Shown piece after piece: positions 1 through 9,340 of a DNA stretch of 59,309 nucleotides; positions within the stretch are counted from its first letter, which is position 1; each line of letters opens with the position of its first letter. Source of the DNA: a virus. Taxonomy: Duplodnaviria > Caudoviricetes. Position numbers and translations under genes: made by a program. The stretch lies in the IMG/VR virus record IMGVR_UViG_3300024891_000004, positions 1-59,309 of that record; one strand, 5' to 3'. A model generated the notes under the pieces. It did no database searches and was not told the origin of the DNA. It saw only the letters and a list, made by a program, of their open reading frames with translations.

Positions 1-1578
1 CGGCGCTCTGGCTTCCATATCGTAGATACGGCTGGCGGCATCTAACAAATCATCGTGCAACACGAACGGGTAAGCTAGGAACTGCTGCACAAAGTTCAAT
101 GTCAGGTTGTACACCTTGCCGGTATGGTCGCAACGTCTGATCGGTTGCAATATCAGGTAGCCATTGCCTTCTTTCTTGACCTTGGCCTGTGTTGCCGTCA
201 GTTCTTTCGTCTGTGCAATCAGGAAGAAGCGACCGTTGCGGCAATCTGGTTCTAAACGCTGAATGCGGTCATACTTGGCATTAGCGCCATCGTTTGTCCA
301 GGCTAATTCTTTAATGGTGAAGGCATCCTGATCAATTTCCATCTGGCCTTCAAAATACTCAAGGTCGCTGCGCATACCGTAGCGCTCATAACCAACGAAC
401 ACACCCTGCACGCCTTTTTGTGCCATCCATGTGCGGCGTAAAGTACGGATTGCAGTCCAGCGCTCTGCTAAACTCATTTTGTGGTGGTAGCCATCCAGCA
501 GATATTTATTGCGCTGCGCATCAACACCGATAACCGCAATCGCGGTGCTATCACTGGTTTTCTTCTTGCTGGAAGCAGGATCAACCATAATGTAGATATT
601 GAGCGTTTTTGGCCTGACTTCGGCAAAATACAGGTATTCTTTCCTGAACATTGCCTGATCGCCAGCCAGAGGGTTCTGCAGCATTTGAGTGGCAATCGTT
701 GCCGAACCCTGTTTCAGTTTCTTCTCTACCCACGCCTTGACCGTCAGGAATACCGGATTCCCGTCCGGCGTGCCGTCATCGGTAGCAGGATAGATACGCG
801 GTATCAATGCCTTGCGGTCAAGTATCGACTGATAGGTATCACCGAAGCTGTATCGCGTGCCGATGTGCCATGATCGCCCAGGGCTTCCATCTGCCTGCGC
901 TGCACCCAGGTTATCCGACAATTCCCACGCTTCCGTAGTCTTGAACACCTGTTCCGGTGTCGTGACCGATTCGCGCGTCACCACGTCATCATAAACACGC
1001 AGTTTAAAGTGGGCTGACGTAGGCTGACCGTCCACCAAGCCCCATGCTTCCAGTGTGGCCTCTTTCGGGTTGGTCTTACGCTTTACCACTAAACCGGTAT
1101 CATCCGACCATCTTGGCGCTTCCGCTTTCGGGCTTTGCCAGAATATGTCAGAAAACAGGGTTTTTAAATCCTGATTGCCTTCCAGTTCAATCTTGACTTG
1201 GCGCAGGAACTTGATCGAAATGCGCCGCGTGTGACTGAATAACCCGATGGTGATTTCAGGATCTCTAATGATTTCCTGAATGCAACCGGCAAAGGTGATG
1301 ATGGTGGACTTGTAATGCTCACGCGCCCATAAATCCAAGTAGCCATCTGGGTCGGCTTCCACCTCGCGGCAGCGCAACAATAGCCACGGCTTCCATGCGT
1401 CCTTGCGGTGCAATACCTTACAAAGCAGGTAAAAGCGGTCATTTGCGCATAACCAACGTCTGCCAGCAATGCCATACTTGCCTTCAATCCACTTGTAAGC
1501 GTTGTTTAACTTGTCCAGCGGTAGTGCATGAATCGCTTGCCTGTATTTATCATCAAGCCCTATTTGCGAATCTTGCAT
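1..1578 (-). CDS. terL: Terminase large subunit (3' end runs off the window; not in the ORF track)
   Basis: Hand translation of the N-terminal, middle and C-terminal parts from ATG at 1578 (MQDSQIGLDDKY...): Walker A-like WAREHYKST, Walker B RVYDDVV, nuclease motifs YIMVDPASSKKKTSDSTA and FLAYPFVLHDDLLDAASR; no stop reached by position 1. Confidence 0.93.
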   Translation of the reverse strand, partial: MQDSQIGLDDKYRQAIHALPLDKLNNAYKWIEGKYGIAGRRWLCANDRFYLLCKVLHRKDAWKPWLLLRCREVEADPDGYLDLWAREHYKSTIITFAGCIQEIIRDPEITIGLFSHTRRISIKFLRQVKIELEGNQDLKTLFSDIFWQSPKAEAPRWSDDTGLVVKRKTNPKEATLEAWGLVDGQPTSAHFKLRVYDDVVTRESVTTPEQVFKTTEAWELSDNLGAAQADGSPGRSWHIGTRYSFGDTYQSILDRKALIPRIYPATDDGTPDGNPVFLTVKAWVEKKLKQGSATIATQMLQNPLAGDQAMFRKEYLYFAEVRPKTLNIYIMVDPASSKKKTSDSTAIAVIGVDAQRNKYLLDGYHHKMSLAERWTAIRTLRRTWMAQKGVQGVFVGYERYGMRSDLEYFEGQMEIDQDAFTIKELAWTNDGANAKYDRIQRLEPDCRNGRFFLIAQTKELTATQAKVKKEGNGYLILQPIRRCDHTGKVYNLTLNFVQQFLAYPFVLHDDLLDAASRIYDMEARAP

Positions 1579-1883
1579 ATCAGGTCTTTTTCCCAATACC
1601 CCTGCTTACCGTCACCGGCATTGGCACTGATCTTGGCCTTATACTTGGCATTCTCGGTCAAGGTCATGGTGTCCAGCAGGGTTGCACGATATAAACCGCT
1701 GCTACTGGTCACATAGGTCATGGTCTTAGGCCATACGTCACCCACCACATTCGCGCCGTCACTATCAACCAAGGTCACGATAACGGTTGCATCATTAATG
1801 GTTGCGCCGGTGGTTTCATTGGTCAAGTCTGACAATTCCAGCACCATATCATTGCCTTTGTATAACGCTGCTAACTCACTCAT
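1560..1883 (-). CDS. Small beta-rich putative virion/appendage protein
   Basis: 107-aa ORF overlapping both neighbours; alternating beta-strand pattern, Ig-like appearance. Confidence 0.55.
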   Translation of the reverse strand: MSELAALYKGNDMVLELSDLTNETTGATINDATVIVTLVDSDGANVVGDVWPKTMTYVTSSSGLYRATLLDTMTLTENAKYKAKISANAGDGKQGYWEKDLICKIRK

Positions 1884-3196
1884 GATGTTGATTTCCTTGT
1901 CGTAGGTGAGCGCGACCTTAATGCGGCGTTGATGCTCGGTTGTCCTTGAACGGTTGGCTTAGTCGTAAATTCATCAAAGCCAACGCTGTTATGTAAATAA
2001 ATCGCGGTTTTATCCAATGCAGGCCATGTGGTCACTGCTTCATAACCAATCGCTGTCTTGAGCAACACCTTACCAAGCAGCATTTCAATCGGCGCTTGTG
2101 GACTATAACCACCGGCGATTGCCGTGCTTGAACCGTATGTGTTGCAGATGGCTTCTGCGACTGATTGCCCGTAAGCGGTTGCATCTGCTATGGCTGAACA
2201 ACGACCGACTGCCTGAATCGTGCCTAATGCGCCTGATACAGAATTTGATGTGCCTTGTGCTGAACCAACGCCATTAAATAATGATTTGCCGGTACTGGTA
2301 GCGGCTGATTCGCCAACTATGACACCAACGGCCTGCTGCACTGACAATCCGGTTGCTGTTGCAGTTGACGTAGCGCTTACTGCACCAACGCTTACACTGG
2401 TACTTTGACCAACACCGCTAACCGTTGACAATCCTGCCGCGCTGCCAACACTGGCAATACTTTCATTGCTGGTCGCGTCTGCGGTGCTAATCCCATCGGC
2501 TGCACCGACTGCCAGGCTATTCGCTTGTCCGGTAGCGCTTACGGTTGATGTTGCACTCGAAGCGCCTACACCAATAAATGCCGCATTACCTACTGCTGCA
2601 CTGGTAGATGATCCGTCTGCCGCACCTACGCTGCTTAACTGTGCATTACCGGTAGCGCTTACAGTGCTGGTGGCGCTACTTACGCCTACACTATTTGCGC
2701 TTGATTTGCTTGTCGCACTGGCGGTTGCTAACCCATCACCACTTGCCACTGATGCGCTATTAGCACTACCAACACCATCAACGGCACTGGTTGCATTAAT
2801 CGAACCTATTGCATTACCGGTTGACTTACCGGTTGCATTGACTGTTGCAGCACCGGTACTTGCACCATCTGCGGTGAATAATGCTGCACCGACTGCGGTA
2901 ACAGTAGCCACACCATCGGAAGCCCCTGCGCCACCACCATTTACTTGCGAATCGCCTTCACCACTAACACTGGCTGTGCCGGATGCAGCACCATCTGCAT
3001 TGAATAAACTTTTACCTACGGCACTAACGCTCGAAGTGCCTGCGTCTGTACCTACGCCATTAAATAGTGCATTACCTGCACCGCTAACGGTAGAACTGCC
3101 AGCACTTGCACCAACGGCATCGGACGTACCTGCACCAGCAACAACGGCTAAGTCAGATAGCGCTGAACCGGATAACGGGGAAAAGCCAAGCGCCAT
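1880..3196 (-). CDS. Ala/Gly/Ser/Thr-rich repeat protein, putative fibre (beta-solenoid)
   Basis: About 17 imperfect 20-aa repeats, e.g. GASAGSSTVSGAGNALFNGV, GTDAGTSSVSAVGKSLFNAD; N-terminus MALGFSPLSGSALS. Confidence 0.7.
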   Translation of the reverse strand: MALGFSPLSGSALSDLAVVAGAGTSDAVGASAGSSTVSGAGNALFNGVGTDAGTSSVSAVGKSLFNADGAASGTASVSGEGDSQVNGGGAGASDGVATVTAVGAALFTADGASTGAATVNATGKSTGNAIGSINATSAVDGVGSANSASVASGDGLATASATSKSSANSVGVSSATSTVSATGNAQLSSVGAADGSSTSAAVGNAAFIGVGASSATSTVSATGQANSLAVGAADGISTADATSNESIASVGSAAGLSTVSGVGQSTSVSVGAVSATSTATATGLSVQQAVGVIVGESAATSTGKSLFNGVGSAQGTSNSVSGALGTIQAVGRCSAIADATAYGQSVAEAICNTYGSSTAIAGGYSPQAPIEMLLGKVLLKTAIGYEAVTTWPALDKTAIYLHNSVGFDEFTTKPTVQGQPSINAALRSRSPTTRKSTS

Positions 3197-3202
3197 GATT
3201 GA

Positions 3203-3895
3203 TTAGCCGTTAGGGAATGGTAATGTTTGCGTTGATATGGTGCGACCAACTCCGTTTGTAATTCTTAATTCATCAATATAGCCGTTAAATTGAGAGCCTA
3301 TCGCCGAATTATAAACTTCTGCGCCTATGGTCAATATTGGTGAAACATTCGCAGAATAAGCCGTGCTTCCATCATTAACGCTATTAACATACATTCTTAA
3401 CGTTCCGCTGATTCTGGTTATAGCTAAATCAAAAAATGAACCAGTGGTGACAGTTTGAGTTGTACCAGTAACTAAAACGGAATTATTTCCAAATACTGAT
3501 ACTTTCCCCCCTGTAGTTACATAAAATAATAATCCGCTTGCGCCAAAGCCATCACCAAGTGTTAATATCGGCGCAATCGCAGCTAGACTATTAATATACA
3601 CTGATACTTCTATGGCAAAGTCACCTGCAATGCCGCTAGACAATGTAGCTGTTAGCCTATCACCAGCTCCATCAAATAATCCGCTCGAACCACCAAATTT
3701 ACTTTGCGCCGTGCTGATTTGAGCATTGCCAACGGCTGTGACTGTTCTTGGTGATGGGCTGTTATCCATGAAAGTAGTGCTGCCACTTGATCCATCCATG
3801 TGCAACAAAAGACTAACAAAGTTATAATATTGGTCTTTAACACCATATATAATTCTATTGGTGTACTTTTTTTCGCTATAAAACTGCGATGACAT
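3203..3895 (-). CDS. LamG/concanavalin A-like jellyroll domain protein, putative receptor-binding protein
   Basis: VSLLLHMDG...AQISTAQSKFGGSSGLFDG...FNGYIDELRITNGV, typical of phage LamG-like domains. Confidence 0.85.
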   Translation of the reverse strand: MSSQFYSEKKYTNRIIYGVKDQYYNFVSLLLHMDGSSGSTTFMDNSPSPRTVTAVGNAQISTAQSKFGGSSGLFDGAGDRLTATLSSGIAGDFAIEVSVYINSLAAIAPILTLGDGFGASGLLFYVTTGGKVSVFGNNSVLVTGTTQTVTTGSFFDLAITRISGTLRMYVNSVNDGSTAYSANVSPILTIGAEVYNSAIGSQFNGYIDELRITNGVGRTISTQTLPFPNG

Positions 3896-4227
3896 TATGT
3901 AATTTCCGTACCAAACGCACTAAATGACATAGAGGCAGAACTTGCATATACGGTGACTACATCAGTAGTTGCCAAGGTAATTCCTAACGTCAGCGCAATA
4001 GAATCATTTGCACCCAACGCCACGTCATAAGCTAAATAATGTTGTGCTGCTAATCCAGCACCAGCCGGACGCACCGCAATTCTGAATGAACCAGCAGATG
4101 CCGCCTGATTGCATACATTCAAGGTACTCAATACTGCAGACGTTGAAGCCGGTACTGTGTACAGTGTTGTTGCTGTCGTTGCAGATGGGTTAGATTGCCC
4201 CAAGACTTTAAGTGTATTGGTGGTCAT
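3895..4227 (-). CDS. Putative virion appendage protein
   Basis: KVLGQSNPSATTATTLYTVPA-type small beta protein common in phage fibre clusters; translationally coupled. Confidence 0.6.
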   Translation of the reverse strand: MTTNTLKVLGQSNPSATTATTLYTVPASTSAVLSTLNVCNQAASAGSFRIAVRPAGAGLAAQHYLAYDVALGANDSIALTLGITLATTDVVTVYASSASMSFSAFGTEIT

Positions 4228-4228
4228 A

Positions 4229-4600
4229 TCAAGCCCCCATTAATAGAAAATGTGCGGAATAGTCAGTCGAGGCAATAGACTTCACTTGCGAGGCCGCTAA
4301 ATCCAGCCACACTTGCTTCGTACCAGCCGCCAAACTCACGGCAGCACCGGCATTGCTTGAAGCTAACACCGTGGTTCTGGTTAAGGTATTTGCACCGGAA
4401 TAAGTACCAAGCCCCACTTCCCAATCACCAGTAGGCGCACCACTGCCATCTACCGCCTGAATCGCGTAGTAGAACGTATCATTCGTGCTACATACAGCAG
4501 AAAAGGCACGAAATCCGGTCGCTGCACCGGCTAATGTCAGCGCACCAGTGCCGGTAGTCGTGCTGGTTTCCTTGACACGATCTGTAACAATCAGTGCCAT
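4229..4600 (-). CDS. Putative virion appendage/fibre protein
   Basis: DRVKETSTTTGTG...WEVGLGTY motif seen in phage fibre-associated proteins. Confidence 0.65.
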   Translation of the reverse strand: MALIVTDRVKETSTTTGTGALTLAGAATGFRAFSAVCSTNDTFYYAIQAVDGSGAPTGDWEVGLGTYSGANTLTRTTVLASSNAGAAVSLAAGTKQVWLDLAASQVKSIASTDYSAHFLLMGA

Positions 4601-4730
4601 TTATAGGTTTCCTAACCGTTTTTTAAGCAACGTGCGTCTTTTCGACTGCATATAATGCGCTACAAGCGATTTAAATAAGATGGTCAATACTATGACACCA
4701 CCCAAAATGGCTAACAAATCGCACATTCTG

Positions 4731-5159
4731 TTAATCCTCGGTGATTGCTGTAGCAGTCGTGAGTTGTGGCGTAACGCCGTTGCCGCACACAATATTTGGT
4801 GTCACTGTGCCGGAATACAGCAATACGGTTGCGCCAGATGCGCCGATACCGACACCGAAATGGGTAGCCGTACCTGAACCGCCTGTGCCTGCAGGAAAGC
4901 TAATGGTTGCTGCCGGTGATACACTGTTATTGGTCACTGTCCAGCCGCCGGAAGTACGTGCTACTGCGACACGAGCATAGCTTGTGTAAGTGATCTCGCT
5001 GGTTGCTTGCGTGCCGGTTTCGCCTGGGTCGGCCGTATGTAATGAAACATACAGATTGGTTGCCGGTGTTGTCGTATCGTTCTCGGCAATATCAGCGAAT
5101 GTGGTTGCGTTGAATAACAACAACAATAAAGAGTTTTCGAGCGTATTGCTTTTACTCAT
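4731..5159 (-). CDS. Putative minor tail/fibre protein
   Basis: LYVSLHTADPGE...EITYTSYARVAV...ISFP...ATHFGVG motif of a widespread phage fibre-associated family; RBS aggaa. Confidence 0.7.
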   Translation of the reverse strand: MSKSNTLENSLLLLLFNATTFADIAENDTTTPATNLYVSLHTADPGETGTQATSEITYTSYARVAVARTSGGWTVTNNSVSPAATISFPAGTGGSGTATHFGVGIGASGATVLLYSGTVTPNIVCGNGVTPQLTTATAITED

Positions 5160-5179
5160 GATGTATTCCTTCGGGGCAT

Positions 5180-5204
5180 AAAAAAAGCCCCTCGAAAGGG
5201 GCTT
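5180..5204 (-). terminator. Rho-independent terminator after terS
   Basis: AAGCCCCT-TTCG-AGGGGCTT followed by T-run on the minus strand. Confidence 0.8.
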
Positions 5205-5220
5205 GGTAATTAATGTGTAG

Positions 5221-5925
5221 CTAGTGTTTTAGTGCGGATTGAAATTCATCCCATTCTTTATCTGTGCTTTCAAAAGAATGTTCATTCGGGTTAGGTGTTT
5301 TAGGTTTGTTGCCGTCTTGGGCAAATCCCCAGATACGTTCCTGCATTGCAACGGCACGATCACCGGTTTCCACAAGTTTTTTCAGGCTATCAATGCGTGC
5401 TGCAACACCTATCGTGCGATTAAACAGCTCCAAGCGTTTAGCCTGCCATGAACTTTGTGCTTCTTCACCGCCGGTGCTGTCATCATCTGGGCTATTGAAT
5501 ACGGTTTCTGCTAACTGACTTAATGATGCTTGGTTGTCGGTTACTGTTTCCAGTTCTTCCATCATGGTTTCACATAGCTTCATCAGCCTTGTGGAAAAGC
5601 CACGGTGATTCATTTTTACATCAACGATTGCTAGTGCATTAACCTCGATGATTTGCTTATCAGTTGCCACCTTTTTACTGGCAACCTCACTGGCAACTAA
5701 TTTTTTGGCAACTATGGCAGCAGCCTTAGCCTGAATCTTTGCATTCAGGTCACGTTCCCAACCGTGTTCCTTTACTTTCTTCTGAATAGCTGTGTGAGAT
5801 ACGCCGTGCTTTGTTGCAATCTCGCGCACGGATAACAATCCAGCGCGGTAATCTTCTTCTATCCGTTCCCAATCAATCTTCTTCTTGGCCTGATCTGACT
5901 GAACGCCCGTAGGTAGCTCTTTCAT
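5221..5925 (-). CDS. terS: Terminase small subunit
   Basis: IDWERIEEDYRAGLLSVREIATKHGVSHTAIQKKVKEHGWERDL HTH N-terminus typical of TerS; follows the lysis genes. Confidence 0.8.
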   Translation of the reverse strand: MKELPTGVQSDQAKKKIDWERIEEDYRAGLLSVREIATKHGVSHTAIQKKVKEHGWERDLNAKIQAKAAAIVAKKLVASEVASKKVATDKQIIEVNALAIVDVKMNHRGFSTRLMKLCETMMEELETVTDNQASLSQLAETVFNSPDDDSTGGEEAQSSWQAKRLELFNRTIGVAARIDSLKKLVETGDRAVAMQERIWGFAQDGNKPKTPNPNEHSFESTDKEWDEFQSALKH

Positions 5926-5944
5926 GATGGCACTCCTTATTTAG

Positions 5945-6241
5945 TTATTGCTTGTTACGTTGGTCATCCCGTATGTCACGTAAAAGTTGGTTAGATGCGA
6001 TTAGTTGCGCTTCGACTGCCGCCATGCGTTGCGGCAACAGATTTAAGGCAACCGTTTGTTTCTCTAGCGCCTCAATGCGCAAGTCGGTTTTTGTGGTGAA
6101 GGTAGCTACCCACCAGAGCGATACTGCAGCCTGGCTAATGAATACAATCAGAATAGTCACGGGGATATGCTTATCCAGTACCCATTTACTGTCATCGTGT
6201 TTGCGCCGTTCACCGGTCACGCTTGGATTTGATATGCTCAT
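5945..6241 (-). CDS. Single-TM coiled-coil membrane protein (lysis accessory/holin-like)
   Basis: Hydrophobic segment IPVTILIVFISQAAVSLWWVA followed by a coiled coil; lies in the lysis cassette. Confidence 0.55.
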   Translation of the reverse strand: MSISNPSVTGERRKHDDSKWVLDKHIPVTILIVFISQAAVSLWWVATFTTKTDLRIEALEKQTVALNLLPQRMAAVEAQLIASNQLLRDIRDDQRNKQ

Positions 6242-6267
6242 GATGTGCTTTCCATGATTGTTGGTTG

Positions 6268-6855
6268 TTATTTGGCTTTAAATGGAATACCACGCGCTGC
6301 GAACCACCATAAGATGACGGTTGTAGTCATAAAAATAGTCGCTTCCATCAATTGCAGGAAGGCAGTCACCAAGAATTGTGGCTGTGTTAAGAGTTCTGGC
6401 ACGTAATGGAATACTTGCCATGTAATGTAAGAGCAGATCACAGTGAACAGGATCGCCATGTAAAATGTAATCACTGGCCTAGTCATGCCGCGCACGAAAT
6501 CAACCCAGATGAATAACTTGGAGTTTTTGGCCTTGTCGCCGGTAGCGTAACTAGACTTATCAGCTTCGTATGAATCATGTAAGGCGTTGTAACTGGCAAC
6601 GGTAATGTCACGCTCTGCATTCAATCCTGCCAGTGCAAGACCGTTCTTCGCTTCCATTTCCATGAGAACCAGGTCTTTATCGCGTAAAGCCAGTTCGTGC
6701 AGGTTCTTTTCTTTCAGAATCGCTAAATCTAATTCGGCTTGCTTCTTCTGATGATATGCGTCCAAGCCTTTTTGAATCAGGCCACCAAGTACACCAAAAA
6801 GACCGCCGCCGGTTGCCGCGCTTAATAATCCGCCGCCTATGCTAAGTAAGTCCAT
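6268..6855 (-). CDS. Putative holin (3TM-holin-like)
   Basis: Gly-rich hydrophobic N-terminus, FVRGMTRPVIT motif and two C-terminal TM helices; overlaps the endolysin. Confidence 0.65.
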   Translation of the reverse strand: MDLLSIGGGLLSAATGGGLFGVLGGLIQKGLDAYHQKKQAELDLAILKEKNLHELALRDKDLVLMEMEAKNGLALAGLNAERDITVASYNALHDSYEADKSSYATGDKAKNSKLFIWVDFVRGMTRPVITFYMAILFTVICSYITWQVFHYVPELLTQPQFLVTAFLQLMEATIFMTTTVILWWFAARGIPFKAK

Positions 6856-7294
6856 TGCGTTTCACCTCTAATTCAAATGGGCGCTTATTCAGCAGTGCTT
6901 CAAATGCCCGTGTAGCTGGTTTAGATACCATGATGCACTTCTGATTATTCATGCGCCCGACCTGATAGCCGATTAACGGGCAACCAAGTGAGTGTGTGAT
7001 CATGCCTTTTTCTACATCACCGGCAAGGTTGCCACTGTGTAGGCGTATGCCGCCGCGCTTGGGTACGTTCAATATTTCGTAGGTGTAATAGTCGCGCTTG
7101 TATTTGCGGCTAAGTCTTGGTGAACGTGTCCAGCGCACTTGATAGACACCTTCGGGTATGTATGACAGGTTGTTTTTGTTATCGCGCCAGGGTAATTCAA
7201 GGGTGTAAGCCTGCCATTTCAGTTCCGGCACGACTATCACACTCAACGTGCCATCATCGCCGCTAATCTTGGAATCAATGACAACACGGATCAT
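6842..7294 (-). CDS. Putative endolysin, DUF5675 family
   Basis: TLELPWRDN...IPEGVY...NVPKRGGIRLHSGN...SLGCPLIG motif set. Confidence 0.8.
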   Translation of the reverse strand: MIRVVIDSKISGDDGTLSVIVVPELKWQAYTLELPWRDNKNNLSYIPEGVYQVRWTRSPRLSRKYKRDYYTYEILNVPKRGGIRLHSGNLAGDVEKGMITHSLGCPLIGYQVGRMNNQKCIMVSKPATRAFEALLNKRPFELEVKRNGLT

Positions 7295-7296
7295 GG

Positions 7297-7641
7297 TTAG
7301 ATTTCTATGCGCCTAGCACTACCAGGCTTAACATATTTACCAGTCATGGGATCAACTAGAAATACGTTGGCAGGAAATACACTTATATCGCCATCCAGCC
7401 ATTGAACTTCAAGCATATTTTCGTCCTGCTTTTTATAACAACCAATTAATGCCGTGTTGTTGTCTGACCGTTTGGCGAACACTACCCACTGATACTGTTC
7501 TTTAATCTTAGGCAATGTACATTCAACATTGGTAATCGTGATTTTTACATTGTCGTTGTACATATATGACAGGTATTTATGATCTGCACTTGCTACGGTT
7601 GAAACTGCTAATAACATCAAAGCCAGTAATAACTTCTTCAT
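7297..7641 (-). CDS. Secreted/periplasmic protein of unknown function
   Basis: Sec signal peptide MKKLLLALMLLAVSTVASA; two Cys. Confidence 0.7.
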   Translation of the reverse strand: MKKLLLALMLLAVSTVASADHKYLSYMYNDNVKITITNVECTLPKIKEQYQWVVFAKRSDNNTALIGCYKKQDENMLEVQWLDGDISVFPANVFLVDPMTGKYVKPGSARRIEI

Positions 7642-7670
7642 GATGACCCCCTTTATTTGGGTTAATTAGT

Positions 7671-7901
7671 TCATTCCTTCACACGTTCATTTATGCCGGT
7701 AACTTGGAATGGAAACACCGGTTCATAATCAGGGTTGATTGCAAGCATCACTGTTACAGCAATGTCAAATACGAAAGCATTGCAAGTAAACCACCATTCA
7801 AGCCATGAATATTTGGCTTCAACGTCCATACCTTCACCATCATCTGCATTCAAATAAATAGGGCAAAGAAAGAACCAGCCTTTATGCGTTAATTTGCTCA
7901 T
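7671..7901 (-). CDS. Hypothetical phage protein
   Basis: 76-aa ORF with strong RBS gaggt. Confidence 0.65.
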   Translation of the reverse strand: MSKLTHKGWFFLCPIYLNADDGEGMDVEAKYSWLEWWFTCNAFVFDIAVTVMLAINPDYEPVFPFQVTGINERVKE

Positions 7902-8363
7902 AGTTACCTCGGAGTGATTAAGCCTTTCGCCAATCTAGCGGCCTGACTAGGTAGAATGAGCGACATTCCCACAACTGTTGGCTATCAGCATTGGCGCTCG
8001 CGTACAAGCTGCTGAATTTGGATGATTTAGGCAGTATTTTTATGTGATCTGCCAACACAATGCCTCGAAGGGCATAATCACCGCAGTAGCGGATTGGAAT
8101 ATGTGCTGGTTACAGCGTCCAGCGCACGTTTGGCAATACTTGTCGTGCTGATTAATTAAATTGTGCTGTCGTGTGTAAGGCAAGCTGATTCTGTTAAGTG
8201 TTCGCCAGTCACAAGCTACCATCTGCAATATGCCACCTACGATGTAAGCCAGCTTTCATAGTTCTAAGCGTCAAGCGTTTATGTGCTATGCACTTATACG
8301 GCTGATGACTAACCAACCCCTGCAACGGGTGCGCCGCCAGCGAATCATCATGCGTATAAAAGC

Positions 8364-8641
8364 AAAAAGCCCCAATTAAGGGGCTTGATACAGAAAATAA
8401 CTGCTTATTTAGTGGCTTTAACCTGGTTTAAAACTTGTGCCGTATGCGCTAAATTAAGCGCGGCTTGCGTCAGCTTTAAAGCGTCATCACCTTTAATATC
8501 ATCTGTGATTTTTTTGGTTAAAGTTTCTATTGCATCATCAATGTTTTTCATCTGGTTTTACCTCAGATAGTGCTAAACCTTAAAATGGGTGGTTAGCTAA
8601 CCCATTTGAATATAAATAAAAAAGCCCCAATTAAGGGGCTT
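8364..8641. repeat. Perfect 23-bp direct repeat of a terminator hairpin (8364-8386 and 8619-8641)
   Basis: aaaaagccccaattaaggggctt occurs twice, flanking a small ORF. Confidence 0.9.
8405..8551 (-). CDS. 48-aa small protein (below the ORF track cut-off)
   Basis: MKNIDDAIETLTKKITDDIKGDDALKLTQAALNLAHTAQVLNQVKATK, RBS gaggt, terminator downstream. Confidence 0.7.
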   Translation of the reverse strand: MKNIDDAIETLTKKITDDIKGDDALKLTQAALNLAHTAQVLNQVKATK

Positions 8642-8807
8642 TTATGCGCGATTACAAAAATTTAGAGTGAGCAAATCCACATTAGGGTAAGAATTTGCAC
8701 ACGTTTTTGTTGGTAGTTTAGCAAGGCCTTGACCTCGCGTACTTTATCAGCGCAATTCGTTTTTAGCATGACTAAAAAATAATTACAACGGTTATTTATA
8801 CCAGCTA

Positions 8808-9068
8808 CTATTCCACATCAATCTTCTGCCGACCTTCAATGCCCTGGATATTAATAATCGCATTATTCTCAATGCGCACTTCTGGTATAGGCAACCATAC
8901 CGGAGTTTCACCTTTCCAATTAAAGCCTACACTGACACCGCCTTCGTCATTATTTCTTATCAGCAGGCCGTCATAGCGTAGGTATAGCTTGCCGTCCTCT
9001 TGCTGAAATGGGTTAGTGTCCAGATTCTTACCTTCGGTAAATTCGTTGAATGTATGTTCAATGGTCAT
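8808..9068 (-). CDS. Hypothetical protein
   Basis: 86-aa ORF in tightly packed minus-strand operon. Confidence 0.6.
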   Translation of the reverse strand: MTIEHTFNEFTEGKNLDTNPFQQEDGKLYLRYDGLLIRNNDEGGVSVGFNWKGETPVWLPIPEVRIENNAIINIQGIEGRQKIDVE

Positions 9069-9071
9069 TGT

Positions 9072-9329
9072 TTATCCTTCCGCATCAATTTCAGACGATG
9101 TTACCCAAACGCAATCGCCTTCTGTACTGTAGCAGCCATAAAATAACCAGCCTGCACAATTCAATTCTTCTTCATTCATAAAAAGGTCGTCAGGGTCAAC
9201 GTACTCGGCACTAACTTTGTTTTCTTCTAACACGCTATGAGCATAAGCAATAGCTTTTTCTGCAGTTGAAAACAAATATGCTTGCGATCCAGTGTGCCTA
9301 TCATCAATCATGGTTACATAAATGGTCAT
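9072..9329 (-). CDS. Hypothetical protein
   Basis: 85-aa ORF, RBS aggt. Confidence 0.6.
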   Translation of the reverse strand: MTIYVTMIDDRHTGSQAYLFSTAEKAIAYAHSVLEENKVSAEYVDPDDLFMNEEELNCAGWLFYGCYSTEGDCVWVTSSEIDAEG

Positions 9330-9340
9330 GGTTTACCTTT

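Noticed and set aside
50-1487. Small ORF-track ORFs and apparent absence of terL
   Set aside because: They are shadows of terL, which the track missed because its stop lies outside the window
2466-3206. 246-aa plus-strand ORF
   Set aside because: Antisense shadow of the Ala/Gly/Ser repeat gene; no RBS or family features
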